The translations under genes and the position numbers were made by a program. From positions 9,734,001-9,798,000 of the forward strand of contig CM068754.1 of assembly GCA_035084275.1 (NCBI GenBank): DNA of 64,000 bases. The letters are read 5' to 3'. Every line of letters starts with the position of its first letter. Within the stretch, counting starts at the first letter, position 1. The notes under the pieces were generated by a model. That model ran no database searches. It worked only from the letters and a program-made list of their open reading frames with translations, and had not been told where the DNA came from. This DNA is from Hydrolagus colliei (taxonomy: Eukaryota). Below are positions 52,511 to 64,000 of this stretch, piece by piece.

Positions 52511-55500
52511 TTTTAAAATAAAAAAGACATAGTGTTTGTTAACAAAAGGACTCTTCTCTAATGGATGAGAACCCTAAAATCATTATGCTACTGAATTTAG
52601 AGTAATTTAATGGTGAAGGGCCTCAAAACTAATGTGTGCTGCGGGTGGCAAATCACTTTGTTGTAATGCTACAGGCCTTCGTATAGCAACATGATGCAAA
52701 CTGCACTCTTCATTTATTCCAATGTTAAAGAGCCAACAAATGCAGCACAAAACCACATAAAGTAGTGGCCCTGCACTTGAGCACCAACACTCACTCTTAT
52801 CTTATCAGAACATTGCCATAAACAGTGATTAAAGGTCTGAGCCCAATATTACTGTTTTGCGGGAAAAACTGGAACATTTTCGACAAAGTATAATAGACTC
52901 CTGTATACAGCTTGGGAAGTATAATAACTCCTGCATTATTCCATAAGTTTAGAACAAGCCAATTTTTCACTTCAATTTTTTACATAATTCATTGTTTTCC
53001 CTTTCATTTAGCATGTGGGCATTATCGTTTTTAAAAGGTTATTGCTTTTTTTCCATAGTCTACATTAGTTTAGAGATCATATGTACCCTATTCTTTAAAA
53101 ACTGGAATGGGTTATTCTGTTGTGGATCAAAGCAAGGGAAAAGGATGAACTGCATTCCTCAATTCTGAATTTAAGCCTACGTTTCTGACAATCTTGGCAT
53201 GCTAATATTACTGGAATGACAACTGGCAAAAATAACCTGGGTTAAAACACTATGGTATTCTGATAAAAAAAATGTTGGCACTTTTCCATATTTTAATATT
53301 GTTTCCTTTGTATAGAGTGCAAAGATCTAAGTTGAATGTCACAGCACTTGAGCAAACTGCATCTTAGTTTGGGTTTCTAAATGTGTCCCTCAGATTTGCC
53401 TTCTAGATTTTCCAAACTTCTTGCGTGTACAAGCATCAATTATCTGAACAATGCAAGGCTAAGAAACATTGACATTGAAGCACTTTATGCAAAGTACAAA
53501 ATACATGCCTTTTAATAGCTATTTAGCATCTCCAAAGATGTGGCACAAGAAGTTAATGTCCTCGACCCTCCTTCCCCTATTGAAAAGATTTCTCAGTGGC
53601 ACATTCACCAGGCAGAATTCAGTTTGAGCAAATGTTATGATCGATCTGTTTATATCAGACTAAATTTGTGTTGAGAAGAGAAAACATACATGTTTGCCAT
53701 GTCTAACAACATGAAACCATCGCAAAGTGCTTCAGAAGTAATTGGCTGTTAAGTGGCTGTTTTTTTGTAGGCAAGTGAGGCAGGTCTTTATGCCAGAAAA
53801 GTTCCACAAATGGCCCTAAATGTCAAATTAATCTCCTCCTGGAAAAGCTAGCTTCTGTTTTTCTATAGTTTGGGACAACTGGATTTGGATGGATGAACAA
53901 CCAAATAATATTTGACTACCTAAAGCACCTAACTATGTGTTCAGTTACATTATGACATGTTGAACTAATTTTTTTTTAAAAAAGCAACTACTGTAAAGTT
54001 ATTTTTCTCCCGATGAATACACCATAATTATATTCTTTTGGGCTGCAATGTCAAGGTTAATGATGAATCTCGGAGTCTGATCAATCCTAAACTGAACTGT
54101 TGAACCTGGTCACAGTCTCGCCCATAAACCTAAAAGATGGCTTATTGACGCGTCACTTGTTCATTAGAACGTTACTTTCTCGGGACATCAAACACAATTG
54201 TTCGCTGTCTAATTAACATAGGAATTTTATTTTGTACAGAGTAAATTGAAATTCCTGCCGACAAATGTAATTTCTGATGACATGCTAGAGACACGAAGTG
54301 CAAACATTAAGTACAATGCAATATCCTTTGTCTGAAGATGAATGGATGATTCAGACATGCTAGTATATTTTAGGCTAAAACCCATTTCTCAGCTGGATGT
54401 CTAAAATTCAATTTGTCTGATCACTTGGATCAACAACAAAACACCTCATCGTGTACGAACCAGGCTGATCTTATCTTATCAGCCTTTGATTCAGCCTTTT
54501 CATTTTTCTTTCTAACATAGGCACTGAATGCTTTTAACCCCATGAAAACTTTAGCTTGCATAAAGGTCTTTTGGCTGTAAATACCCCTAAATTATTGATA
54601 TCTACAGCTATATACAGTACTGCCTTAAAAGCAATGAACTTTATTGGGAAATTATCATAGAATGAAAAGACCCTTGTCATTAGCACCCAATTTTATCAAA
54701 GCTCAGAACATGCAGAAAATCAAACATATTCCGTCAAACCAACCAAACTGGTGTTTGTCTCAGAGGCCTGGTATATTGAAATTGATATTTCAACATCAGC
54801 TGGAAAAATGGGAACCTTTTGATAAAAGTGGAAGATCAGGAAACCCCAGCACCAGACCAAAGTGGACTCCAAACCATAACATTCTCAAATGAACTCTAGC
54901 CACTGCTAGACAATAGCAACCAACATGAGATTCAACTCTTAACTCTCACTTGGCATAGCTCAGTAGGATTGACCAGTGTTTTTTTATTTAAAAGTCATTT
55001 GAGATCCAAGACCAAATGGTACATCAAACCACAGAAACGTAACCAGCTAAATTGAGAATAGTCACAAGTTATGCATCTAACAACATGATAAGGCTCTATA
55101 TCAAATGTAAAGATTATTATTATCTCCTTCATAGTATGAAAAGTTGTTGGACTAATGAGATTGATGCTCAGATCTTTGAAGTTTTTTCTGACAGTTAGTC
55201 ATGCAGGATCTACTTCAGCAATCTCTGTAAAGAAATCTCGACCATGTTCAATGTATGTGCCGATCCAGCAAAGCTAATGCCGCAGACCAGAATCCCTGCT
55301 GTCAAGCTCGATGCAAGAAGCTGTTCCAACATCTCAGTTACAGCACCTGCTACTGCTGTGAATAAAGAATACAGGGCATGCTTCCATTTAAAACACCTCA
55401 GGGTCATTGATGCCATCTTTCTTACCCATGTACTGCTTGATTGTACCTGAGTCTGCTCTGCTTCCTTTCTCAATTGTTCCCTTGACCCATTCGTGAAACA

Positions 55501-55788
55501 TGGAGCAGAATTTATTTAAGGCGCTTAAGTAAAACAAGAGTGCAATATATGTATAATTATACATCAAGTATCAATATAGCTTTGACAACATTGGGTGACT
55601 TAATTTTCTATTTTTTTAATTGAATTTAATTGACCAAAATGAATTACGAAAGCGGAAAAGGCTAGTTTTTTTATTTTGTAAATCATCTCTATGAAAGAAG
55701 CACTCCCATGTTTCGTCCTGGTCATTCTTATTTCCCTGAATTGCTGTCTTCACATGGCTTACCTAAGCCAGCAATGTGGCTATATTAG

Positions 55789-56106
55789 TAATAATAATGT
55801 TAATAATAATAATCCTTGCATTTGATATGGCATTTTTCACATCTTCTAGATGTCTCAAATCGCTTCACAGAATATACTGTACAGTGAATTGACTGCATAT
55901 ATTTGTGGGTGAAACACCACGGCCAATTGTACACAGCAGTGGCCCACAAACAGTCGTGGAATGAAATGACAAATTTATTTAAAAAATTCTTGAGGGATTA
56001 TTATCAGGCGTGTGGAGCAAGGAAACTTGCCCAAGGTTTCGCCCTGCCGGGAATTGAACCCAGGTTGCAAGGCAAGTGCTCTAACCACTGAGCTATAAGG
56101 CTCCAC
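55789..56106 (-). mobile_element. Full-length dominant SINE
   Basis: (AAT)nCCTTGCATTTGATATGGC ... GGAATTGAACCCAGG..GTGCTCTAACCACTGAGCTATAAGGCTCCAC. Confidence 0.92.
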
Positions 56107-56254
56107 AGCTTGTGACAAATTGCTTTCTCTGAAAGAGTACTAATCCACTTTGTGTTGATTGTTAAGTTAGAGCAGTAGCTTCTAACATTTCTAATGGAGC
56201 TTTGAAAAGTACCACAACTGGCAAGTTGGCCTTTTGAGACATAACCGATGATCT

Positions 56255-56450
56255 GTTGAGCTGGTTTAAAAAAAACACTCCAGCCTCTGAGTCAAACGAT
56301 TGTGGGTTCAAGTTCCAATTGGAACTTGAACAAAATATTAAAACTGCCCCATCTGCCTGTTGAGGTCGATACTCACTGTCTGGGCTGACGTGTGAATACT
56401 GTATTAGCACTTGGGGAGGTGGCAGTGGGCAATGCTTGTGGAACTGCTCA
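56255..56450 (+). mobile_element. Old Deu-domain-like SINE fragment
   Basis: tRNA-like head GCCTCTGAGTCAAACGATTGTGGGTTCAAG, then TTAAAACTGCCCCATCTGCCTGTT. Confidence 0.5.
56306..56331. repeat. Perfect 26-bp palindrome, no spacer
   Basis: GTTCAAGTTCCAA-TTGGAACTTGAAC. Confidence 0.95.
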
Positions 56451-56708
56451 ACAAGGGAGAAGACAACACTGAAGGAAGGGAAAATACAGAATTGGGCAGT
56501 CGCACAGCACAGAAAGTGCTTTATTCTGTTGCAAATTGAATTCAAATTTGTGGATTCCTAAGAACCATAGGCTACATAGTGAAACATCTGTTCTTTTGAC
56601 AGCTGTACATTTATGCCGTTTAATATACAAAAACATCCTACAACGTAATTTAATATGTGTTTGAGAATATTTTAGTCCAGGGGAGTTCACAATTTCAAAT
56701 CAGAGAAT

Positions 56709-56759
56709 TAGTGATCCCAGTTACAACACCTGCTACTGGTGTTGTAACTGGGATCACTA
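56709..56759. repeat. Perfect inverted repeat, 22-bp arms, 7-nt loop
   Basis: TAGTGATCCCAGTTACAACACC-TGCTACT-GGTGTTGTAACTGGGATCACTA. Confidence 0.95.
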
Positions 56760-58216
56760 TTAGTTAATACCTATTAGATACATTCCTGTTACTCTTTTGG
56801 ATGTCTCCAACATATGTTCTAAACAATGGATGGTACAATATTTATAATCCACCAGCCACCTCTAGTGGTAAATGTCTGATGTTGCTCAAGCTTCAATTTT
56901 AATTAATTGTAACTTTACTTAAGTTGAAATCATGCTTGTTTAATTGAATGTGCTTAAGAAGACTTTGCTGTACCAGAACTTTGGGAGGGAAACATTTAGT
57001 GTGGACATAACATTAGCAACTTGCCCTGTGCACACACACACTTCTGTCCACTGGAAGAAAAATTATGAAGGTAATTGTTCTTCAATGTTTATAGAATTAA
57101 TAATACCATCAACACATTTGTCTATCATTTAGAGAGTGCTGTGCATTTAGAATTTTTTTAAAATGACACACTTTCTTTTTCCTTTAACCCACCATTCATA
57201 TAGTTCAAATTCCAGGTTGATCCTCAGAATAAATAAAAACTGAGAAAACCACTATATCCACTTAAAGGGGCGGAGGGCAGAACATGAAGATTGTTTTTGC
57301 TTAATTAGGCACTGAATATTGTTGATACAGTTGTTCCATTAAGACCATTATATTGCCATGTTGGGAGTGTCAGGCAACACAATTATAGCCACAGAGGAGA
57401 ACACTCTAAGCTGTCACCATAATGATCAGAGCCAATGTGCTAAAATCAAAGATGGCAGTAGAATCGCAATTTCACAATGGCTTTTCCATAGATGTTTTTT
57501 TTTTAAAGAGTGTTTAAGTTCAATCTTCACACATAAACCTTTCACTTGCCAATCACATTTTTAAAAGTCTCAGAAGCATAATTATTTACAAAAAAAAATG
57601 CAGTGTGATTGCATCTAAGCCACAATCTTTTAATGCTGCCAATTGCCTTATTTGTTTACCAACATAATTCAAAGTAAGTCATTCCTGATGATGCAGGGCT
57701 TTTATGCAAGGTACATGGGATGTGTAAGATTTATAACCAAACAAAAATCAAAAAGAATTGGCTTTTCAGAAATGAGGTACTTCACGTGTCCTGGCTCACT
57801 TGAACTCTCATTTCCATGGTGACTGGAATCATTGCTCTGATAATAAGGACCTACTAACCAACACTGTCATTTAGAATTCTCAAAACAGAATAACCCAACG
57901 TGTCATTTGGTGAAAGTGTAATGAAGAAAGGGGGGGAAACAAAATCGGAATATCTGGGCTGCACGTGTGCTTCTTCATACGTAGTTCATTCAAAAACCAT
58001 AGAACACTTTAAACAGAAAGTGAAAAACACTGATAAGTTTTGTGCTGGGCTAAGGAATTGTTCATAGATCTCTGTGGGTTTACACCACGTTGTAAGGCCA
58101 TTGGGTAATTAAAATACTAAATACTTTTGTGGACTATATTGAGTGCTATTTCTTTCTGCAAACGTATGGAAAATTTTAAAAAAATGTTGGAACTGGTTAC
58201 AATGAGACTGACTCCT

Positions 58217-58250
58217 CTATTATAGCAATTTGCAACAATTGCTATAATAG
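58217..58250. repeat. Perfect inverted repeat, 14-bp arms, 6-nt loop
   Basis: CTATTATAGCAATT-TGCAAC-AATTGCTATAATAG. Confidence 0.92.
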
Positions 58251-61200
58251 CGAAATGCATACTGTAGTTACAAGAATTACAATTTGTAATTTAAAGCACT
58301 CCCTAAAATGCTCCCGGACATGTAATCTGCTATATAAATCCAGGCTGTTGTTGTTGTTGATCTCTTAACTTCCAGTATAGTTACCAAAAGTTCAATAATT
58401 AAACTGCCAAAACCCAAGTTTGTTAGCAGGTACAACTCTTACAATTGTGGATTACCTAATGATAGCAGGGACTCAAGAGAAACCTGGATAAAATAATCTA
58501 GTTGAGGATTCAGACAGTGTCATAAAGGAGCAAAGCAGCATCAGTTCTTTGGTCTCAGACTATGTAGAAGCACATCTGCAATTGATTGCAACAAACGCTT
58601 CATTGTGAATTTGTTTGAAGGCAAGTATGATAATGGCTCGATCACACAGTCACAATAATGTCAGCCCAGTTCATTACAATGGATTGATAAATCCTCCCCT
58701 GATCAAAACTACAATTTGCAATTTGAGAAAAAGGATTGAGTCAAAAGTAATTTTGGTGCAATCTTTCTGCACATACCAATAATAGTTATACGAAACTTGC
58801 AATGGATCCTTTGCATCCTTCATTGAGAATCTACCCAAGTCAAAGAGGGGAACAGGAAGATTTGCTCTCACAGTAATAAAACATATTTAAGTATATGTCT
58901 GCTTTTGGAGCAAACTGGTAGCTCACAAAAAGGTGAGCTTTTATATCTTTCTCAATCCCTGTCTTTGTAATTTATTTTTTATCTGAAAATGATGTCCCTC
59001 AGGAATCAGGAATTGTTTTTATTCCAGTTCCTTGTTGGTTCTATAACACTTTCTCATTAGTCAGAAAATAATTATCTTTCACAATTCTATGGGAATATTC
59101 TGCCGCAATACAAATATGAGCATGTTCTATCAGTTCCTCCAAAATACAGTACAGAACTATCAATTGCAAAATGGATTTTACTCTGATAGGTTCTGATATA
59201 TAATTATGGAAAATTATTGAACAATTATTACGAGCCAGGAAATAAATATAAAAGTGATAAAAATACATTTGTTCTTAAGTCATAAGTAAGAGGACCAGAC
59301 CCTGGAAATTCTATTTGTGCACTCAAAGATGAAATAATTGTGAAAAGTAATCATTGACACTTGGATTACATTCATCAGTTTCAGGGCAAGGCTACTGCGC
59401 TTTAATAATCCTGCACACAAAAAAACAGAACTTGAGGAAAGTAAAATACACCACCCCTGGGAGCAAGCATACAGAGAAGCGATTTATCCATTTAGTGTCA
59501 CCAAAACTGATATTTGACTTAAATATATTCTAAATCTAAACACACAACGACTCGGTATTCAGTAGAAAAGTAATCATTGTTCAGATTTTATTCAAAATAT
59601 TTTTTTAAATCCTCAGAGTGAAAGATGTTATATAAATGTACAAAAGTAATTACTACAGCTCCATTTATCAGTAATAATCACCTGCCACTGATGACACCAA
59701 TTGCAGTACTGACACAGTGGATATTAAATGTATTTTTTTTCTGTGACAGTAGTTTGCTTATATAAGGTTTACTTTGTGTGAACAAGATTTGACAAGATGA
59801 TGTGCTGTATCATTCTTAATCAGTTCTGGCACGATGTTACTGGTTGGGCTGTTCAATGCTATAAGAATAACTAATTGTCTGTTTGCTCTGACCTTGTCTA
59901 TGCTTTCACTACATAAGGTTTTGCCTTGTTCCCTTGTAATTATGAGTCATTTTCTTCTATCTACCTACTGTTCCCAATATAATTGCAAAGCAGAATTGCT
60001 GACGTCTTGATAGACCAACGCTAAAGGTCATTACAGGTTGACACCTTTTACATACACAATGCTATTTATCAAATGGATGTTACTGAAACAAACGGTGGCT
60101 TGAAAAATTGCTTCCAGTTCAGTAAGTGAAAGAAAATAAATTATATGGGCCTGTGATCAGTGCTATACCATTTATTGTCGGGACAGAAAAAATCGCAGCA
60201 AAGCTCCATAGCAACGGCACGTGCTGAACTACATATAGATACACTTTTGGGTACCACTGTGCCTTGTGCAAGGAAATGCCACATTAACTGCTCAATCTTA
60301 ATTATTGCAGATGGCCTGTGAAATATGGGAACTCAAATGTTCAAAGATGTCACAAGTGTTATACACGATAATTTTCCTCTTATTGGTTATTCTGCTGATG
60401 GTCTAACGGGAAGTAGCAATGCTACGTCAAATTAAACCTTTTCCTTTGAGTTCCAATGTCAGTAATAGTTTTTCAGTTATTACACAAACAGCAATTAAGA
60501 CCATTAACCGGTGGGCAGATCTAACTCAGTGTGGCCACTACACGTTTTTTGAATAAGTAAATGGTCTATTCAGGCTGCATGTGTAAATAGAGATGCAAAC
60601 AAGCTAAACACATTGTCACTGCAAACAGTTCTCACTGTGAAGATCTCAGCGTTCCTGTTGAGTTGCCTGTAGGTTCTCTTCTAATAGTCATCTGTTGAAA
60701 AATAATTTGTCTTTCAGAGGACTTTCAATTTGCTCTTATGGGAGGACAGATTAATGACATTTCTTTGATCAACCGGGTGTCTCTCACGTACAGAAACCAA
60801 TCACCGAGTATCCAAACAAAACCGAAAATTCCAATTATGTATGGAAATCTACCCTTTGTCTGATGTTTCTTTTTTCACCTTGGTATTTCTGTAGAGACTG
60901 GCATTGCACCCCCCCCACCACCACCCACTCCCCACTTCAGCATCCTTATTCAGTCCCTTCACTTCTGACATGGGCATAGAGATATAGCACTAATAATACC
61001 TTTACCAAGAAGATTTAGCACTCACATTACAAAGGGAAACAGACCACGTAAAGGTGGCCTATAACATATTCCTGCACCAACATATGTCAAACCACTTTGG
61101 TCACAGTTCTTTATATGATATGTGCTTTTGATTGAACTATGTACATTGTGGAAAGAAATGAGAGGAGAGCTAATTGTGCAGTAGCTGCAGAAGTAATGGC

Positions 61201-61704
61201 ATACTTGATGGTTATAAGTCATGGTAATACAAAGCCACTGTTTGGCAAAATAGGATTGCCCATTTTGAGAAAATTGAATCTACTGGTTTGATATGGTGCC
61301 CGATGTAGCCATCAATGTTTCTGTCGGAAAATATGGGTTGTGTAAATAATATAAGCAGTTTGTTCTAATTCATAGACTATAATGCAGATCCCACAAGCAG
61401 ATCAATTGGATGGTAATAAAACAGTTTTTGCTGCATTTCACAAGTATAGATATATGTGAGTGTGAAAACTAAATACTGTATTACTTTCACACATGGTGTA
61501 AATATAAAAATTCCCAGCACGGTGCATACAATCAAAAGGAATCAACAGTGGGACACCTTCCATAGGCAAATCTATCTTCCTTCATCCAAGTGAAGGTCGG
61601 TGGAAAAAAACTCCTTTCAACATGCAGTACATGTTTTGGCACATGTAGGAAATGTAACTATAATATTTTCAGACACCTAGGGGCATTCTGTCCTTTTTTT
61701 TGAG

Positions 61705-61825
61705 TCATAAAACCATAGAATCATAGAACCATAGAATCTCACAGAACAGAAGAAGGCCATTCGGCCCATCATGCCTGTGCTGGCTCTTTGAAAGAGTTAT
61801 CCAATTAGTCCCACTCCCCTGCTAT
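61705..61825 (-). mobile_element. CR1-type LINE 3' end
   Basis: CATAGAATCATAGAACCATAGAAT..GAAGGCCATTCGGCCCATC..GCTGGCTCTTTGAAAG; reverse complement of the 8570-8672 element. Confidence 0.88.
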
Positions 61826-61892
61826 TCTCTTAATGCTAAATTGTCAATCTGGATGAAACCCTTTTGCATGACAATGTTGTGCAAAAGGGGCA

Positions 61893-62153
61893 GTTAGTAA
61901 GAACCCAGTTGTTGGTCGATTGGCAAATTGTTTTTCCTGGGGTAATAATTCCTTAAAACAATAATTAAAATACTACCAATAATACGTTGGTCACACAACT
62001 GTTTGGATGTGCTGTGCACAATTGGCTGCCGTGTTACACCCACTAAATATATAGTCAATTCAATTTATCGTATATTCTGTGAAGCGCTTTGAGACATCTC
62101 AAAGATGTGATAAGGCGCTTTATCAAAATGCTGTGTTATGAAATACAAGGATT
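61893..62153 (+). mobile_element. 5'-truncated long-variant SINE
   Basis: Starts in the extra segment (AGTAAGAACCCAGTTGTTGGTCGATTGGC..TTTTCCTGGGGTAATAAT), then standard body and tail. Confidence 0.82.
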
Positions 62154-62480
62154 CATTGCTGTCCGTTTAAATATTTGGGGGGATATTCCTGAAACTTTCT
62201 TGCAATCTTATTAAAACCAATTCAGACCATAAATAATTCATCCTTAATGTAGTTGATTCTTACTGGTGTGCATTTTTGAGAAAGATCCAAAGCATATTGT
62301 GCTCAGAGTCACGCTATACCTTTGAATAGAAAATCCAAACCATATTTTTATACTATCAAGCATAGATGCATTGGAGGCATTTATATTAACAAGTGGCATG
62401 CCAGAATAACATACCAATAAGCAAAGGGAACATAGAGAACTCAACCCCTCCTCACCAGTGAAAGATTATTTTATATATTT

Positions 62481-62510
62481 AACATGTTGTTTGAATCCAA
62501 ACAACATGTT
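62481..62510. repeat. Perfect inverted repeat, 13-bp arms, 4-nt loop
   Basis: AACATGTTGTTTG-AATC-CAAACAACATGTT. Confidence 0.92.
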
Positions 62511-63346
62511 CCCTGGAACCATATTTGTTTAATAAAATGTAAAAAGGGCATTAAAAGCAAAAGTTAAGAACAAAAACATAAAGCTCCACGTGACTAAGCA
62601 ATTTCACATTCAATTACTTTTACGTGCAAAGATATAATAGCTGCTTTTGAGATGGCATTTGGTAGCAATTCCTGGATTTGCCAGAACCCTCTGCAGCTAC
62701 AACTTGAATAAAAGTTATCAAAATAGTAAAACATAGTTACTGGTGTTCCCCTAAAGTTCAAACTTAGCATAAAGGTCCACAGACATGAGACGTAGCTATT
62801 ATTTCCAAATGGAATTTTCTTCTTTTTAGGAAAAATAACCTTTGTTTGATCTTTGGTGCTTTCCCTTCTACTCTATAGCATAAATATTAAAATAAATATT
62901 AAAATTTGGCCGTCCTCTTTGTACCCACAGTAAGAAACCCATTTCAGACTTAGATACTGCTACTGCTGATAAAAGGTGCATTTGTTATGGTTCCTTGACT
63001 AATTGAAAGAGATTCTCAAATATCTCTGGAATAACTCTGTTTTATTTCATTGGTAACTCCCCAAAGCATAGCTTCAGACAGTTCTGGTGTTTTATGAGTT
63101 TCTGAAAATTAAGAAAAGGCACCCTCTAGGTCAGCACTGTGGGTATACAAACCAGCTGTTCTGAAACTGATCCGCACTGCACAATGTGATCATCTTCAAA
63201 ATGAATGACACTACAAGGCAATAGAGTTAATAGTTATGTATTTTTAGCTTCAATTCGTCTGACAGAAAGAGACCACTCAGCAAATGTCGACCCTGAAATT
63301 AGCCGAATGATTTTCATGCAAATCTCCTGTTTGTTTTATAATAAAT

Positions 63347-63443
63347 CATAATCCTTGCATTTGATACAGCCCCTTATCATATCTTTGAGATGTCTCAAAG
63401 TGCTTCACAGAATATACTGTAAAGTGAATTGACTGTATATTTT
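63347..63443 (-). mobile_element. 3' fragment of dominant SINE
   Basis: ATAATCCTTGCATTTGATACAGC..GATGTCTCAAAGTGCTTCACAGAATATACTGTAAAGTGAATTGACTGTATATT. Confidence 0.88.
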
Positions 63444-63824
63444 GCTTTGTCGTACATACTGTATTATACTTTTTGTCATTTTGCAGCTCAAATTGCATCC
63501 AGTTACATTTGAAAAAATGTGTATTTTCTCCTATTTCTGCTCACTACTCCAGAGCATTCCAGAACACTGCAGAGTCATTTGCTGGGAGCAGCTATTCTTA
63601 CCATTCGGCTTCTGTGAACACCGCAAGCCCAAACCATAACGGGTAAAGTGTTCCTAGTTGGTTAATCAGTTGGAAGCTGATTCCAACTGATGGTAAGATA
63701 TACGGTTTTATCTTGTGAACTCCAGCAGTGCAGCAATTTCCACTCGGGTGTCACCGTCACTTGGCTCTCACCAACCTTGCACCTAATACTATCTGGGATT
63801 AGGTAAACAAGGTGTATCACTCCA

Positions 63825-64000
63825 GGAAGAACATTTTCCCTGAAACCCTCCACCTTGCCCGCTCTCTCCCCCTTTTTCAAGTGCTGCCTGAAAACCTTCT
63901 TTTCGAACGCGCTTGTGGTCCCGTCTGTCCCACCCCCATCCCCCCGCTGGCTCGGAATCAGGCTCCGCCACTGTTAAGCGCTCTGAGACGCTACCCTGCT
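63825..64000 (+). mobile_element. L2 LINE 3' region, running off the window edge
   Basis: TTCAAGTGCTGCCTGAAAACCTTC..CTGTTAAGCGCTCTGAGACGC, homologous to 32627-32844. Confidence 0.85.

Noticed and set aside
1-64000. CRISPR array, operon or other prokaryotic system
   Set aside because: Sequence is eukaryotic non-coding DNA; no regularly spaced repeat-spacer array and no long ORFs

Overview
AT-rich (roughly 35% GC by eye), CpG-depleted vertebrate non-coding DNA, either a gene desert or a very large intron. The repeats (a dominant ~310 bp tRNA-headed SINE with an L2-type 3' tail, L2 3' ends with (TTG)n tails, shark-type CR1 3' ends, old Deu-domain-like SINEs) point to a cartilaginous fish, plausibly a holocephalan such as Callorhinchus; this is inference and was not verified. 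I find no credible protein-coding exon: the listed ORFs are short chance ORFs or read through repeats, and the only recognisable peptide is the C-terminus of a dead L2 ORF2 at ~41.5 kb. Between the repeats are several repeat-free, motif-dense blocks that look like developmental enhancers (Pbx-Hox, Meis, octamer, TCF clusters). The most unusual signals are: (1) a clear excess of perfect short-spacer hairpins, one demonstrably created in situ inside a SINE copy and another with a diverged copy of its arm 1.4 kb upstream; (2) strong over-representation of TACAGTA/TACTGTA, the Tc1/mariner excision footprint, with no recognisable DNA transposon present. I cannot support a new gene-encoded system from this sequence; the findings are mutational-signature and regulatory hypotheses. 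All counts and probabilities are rough hand estimates.
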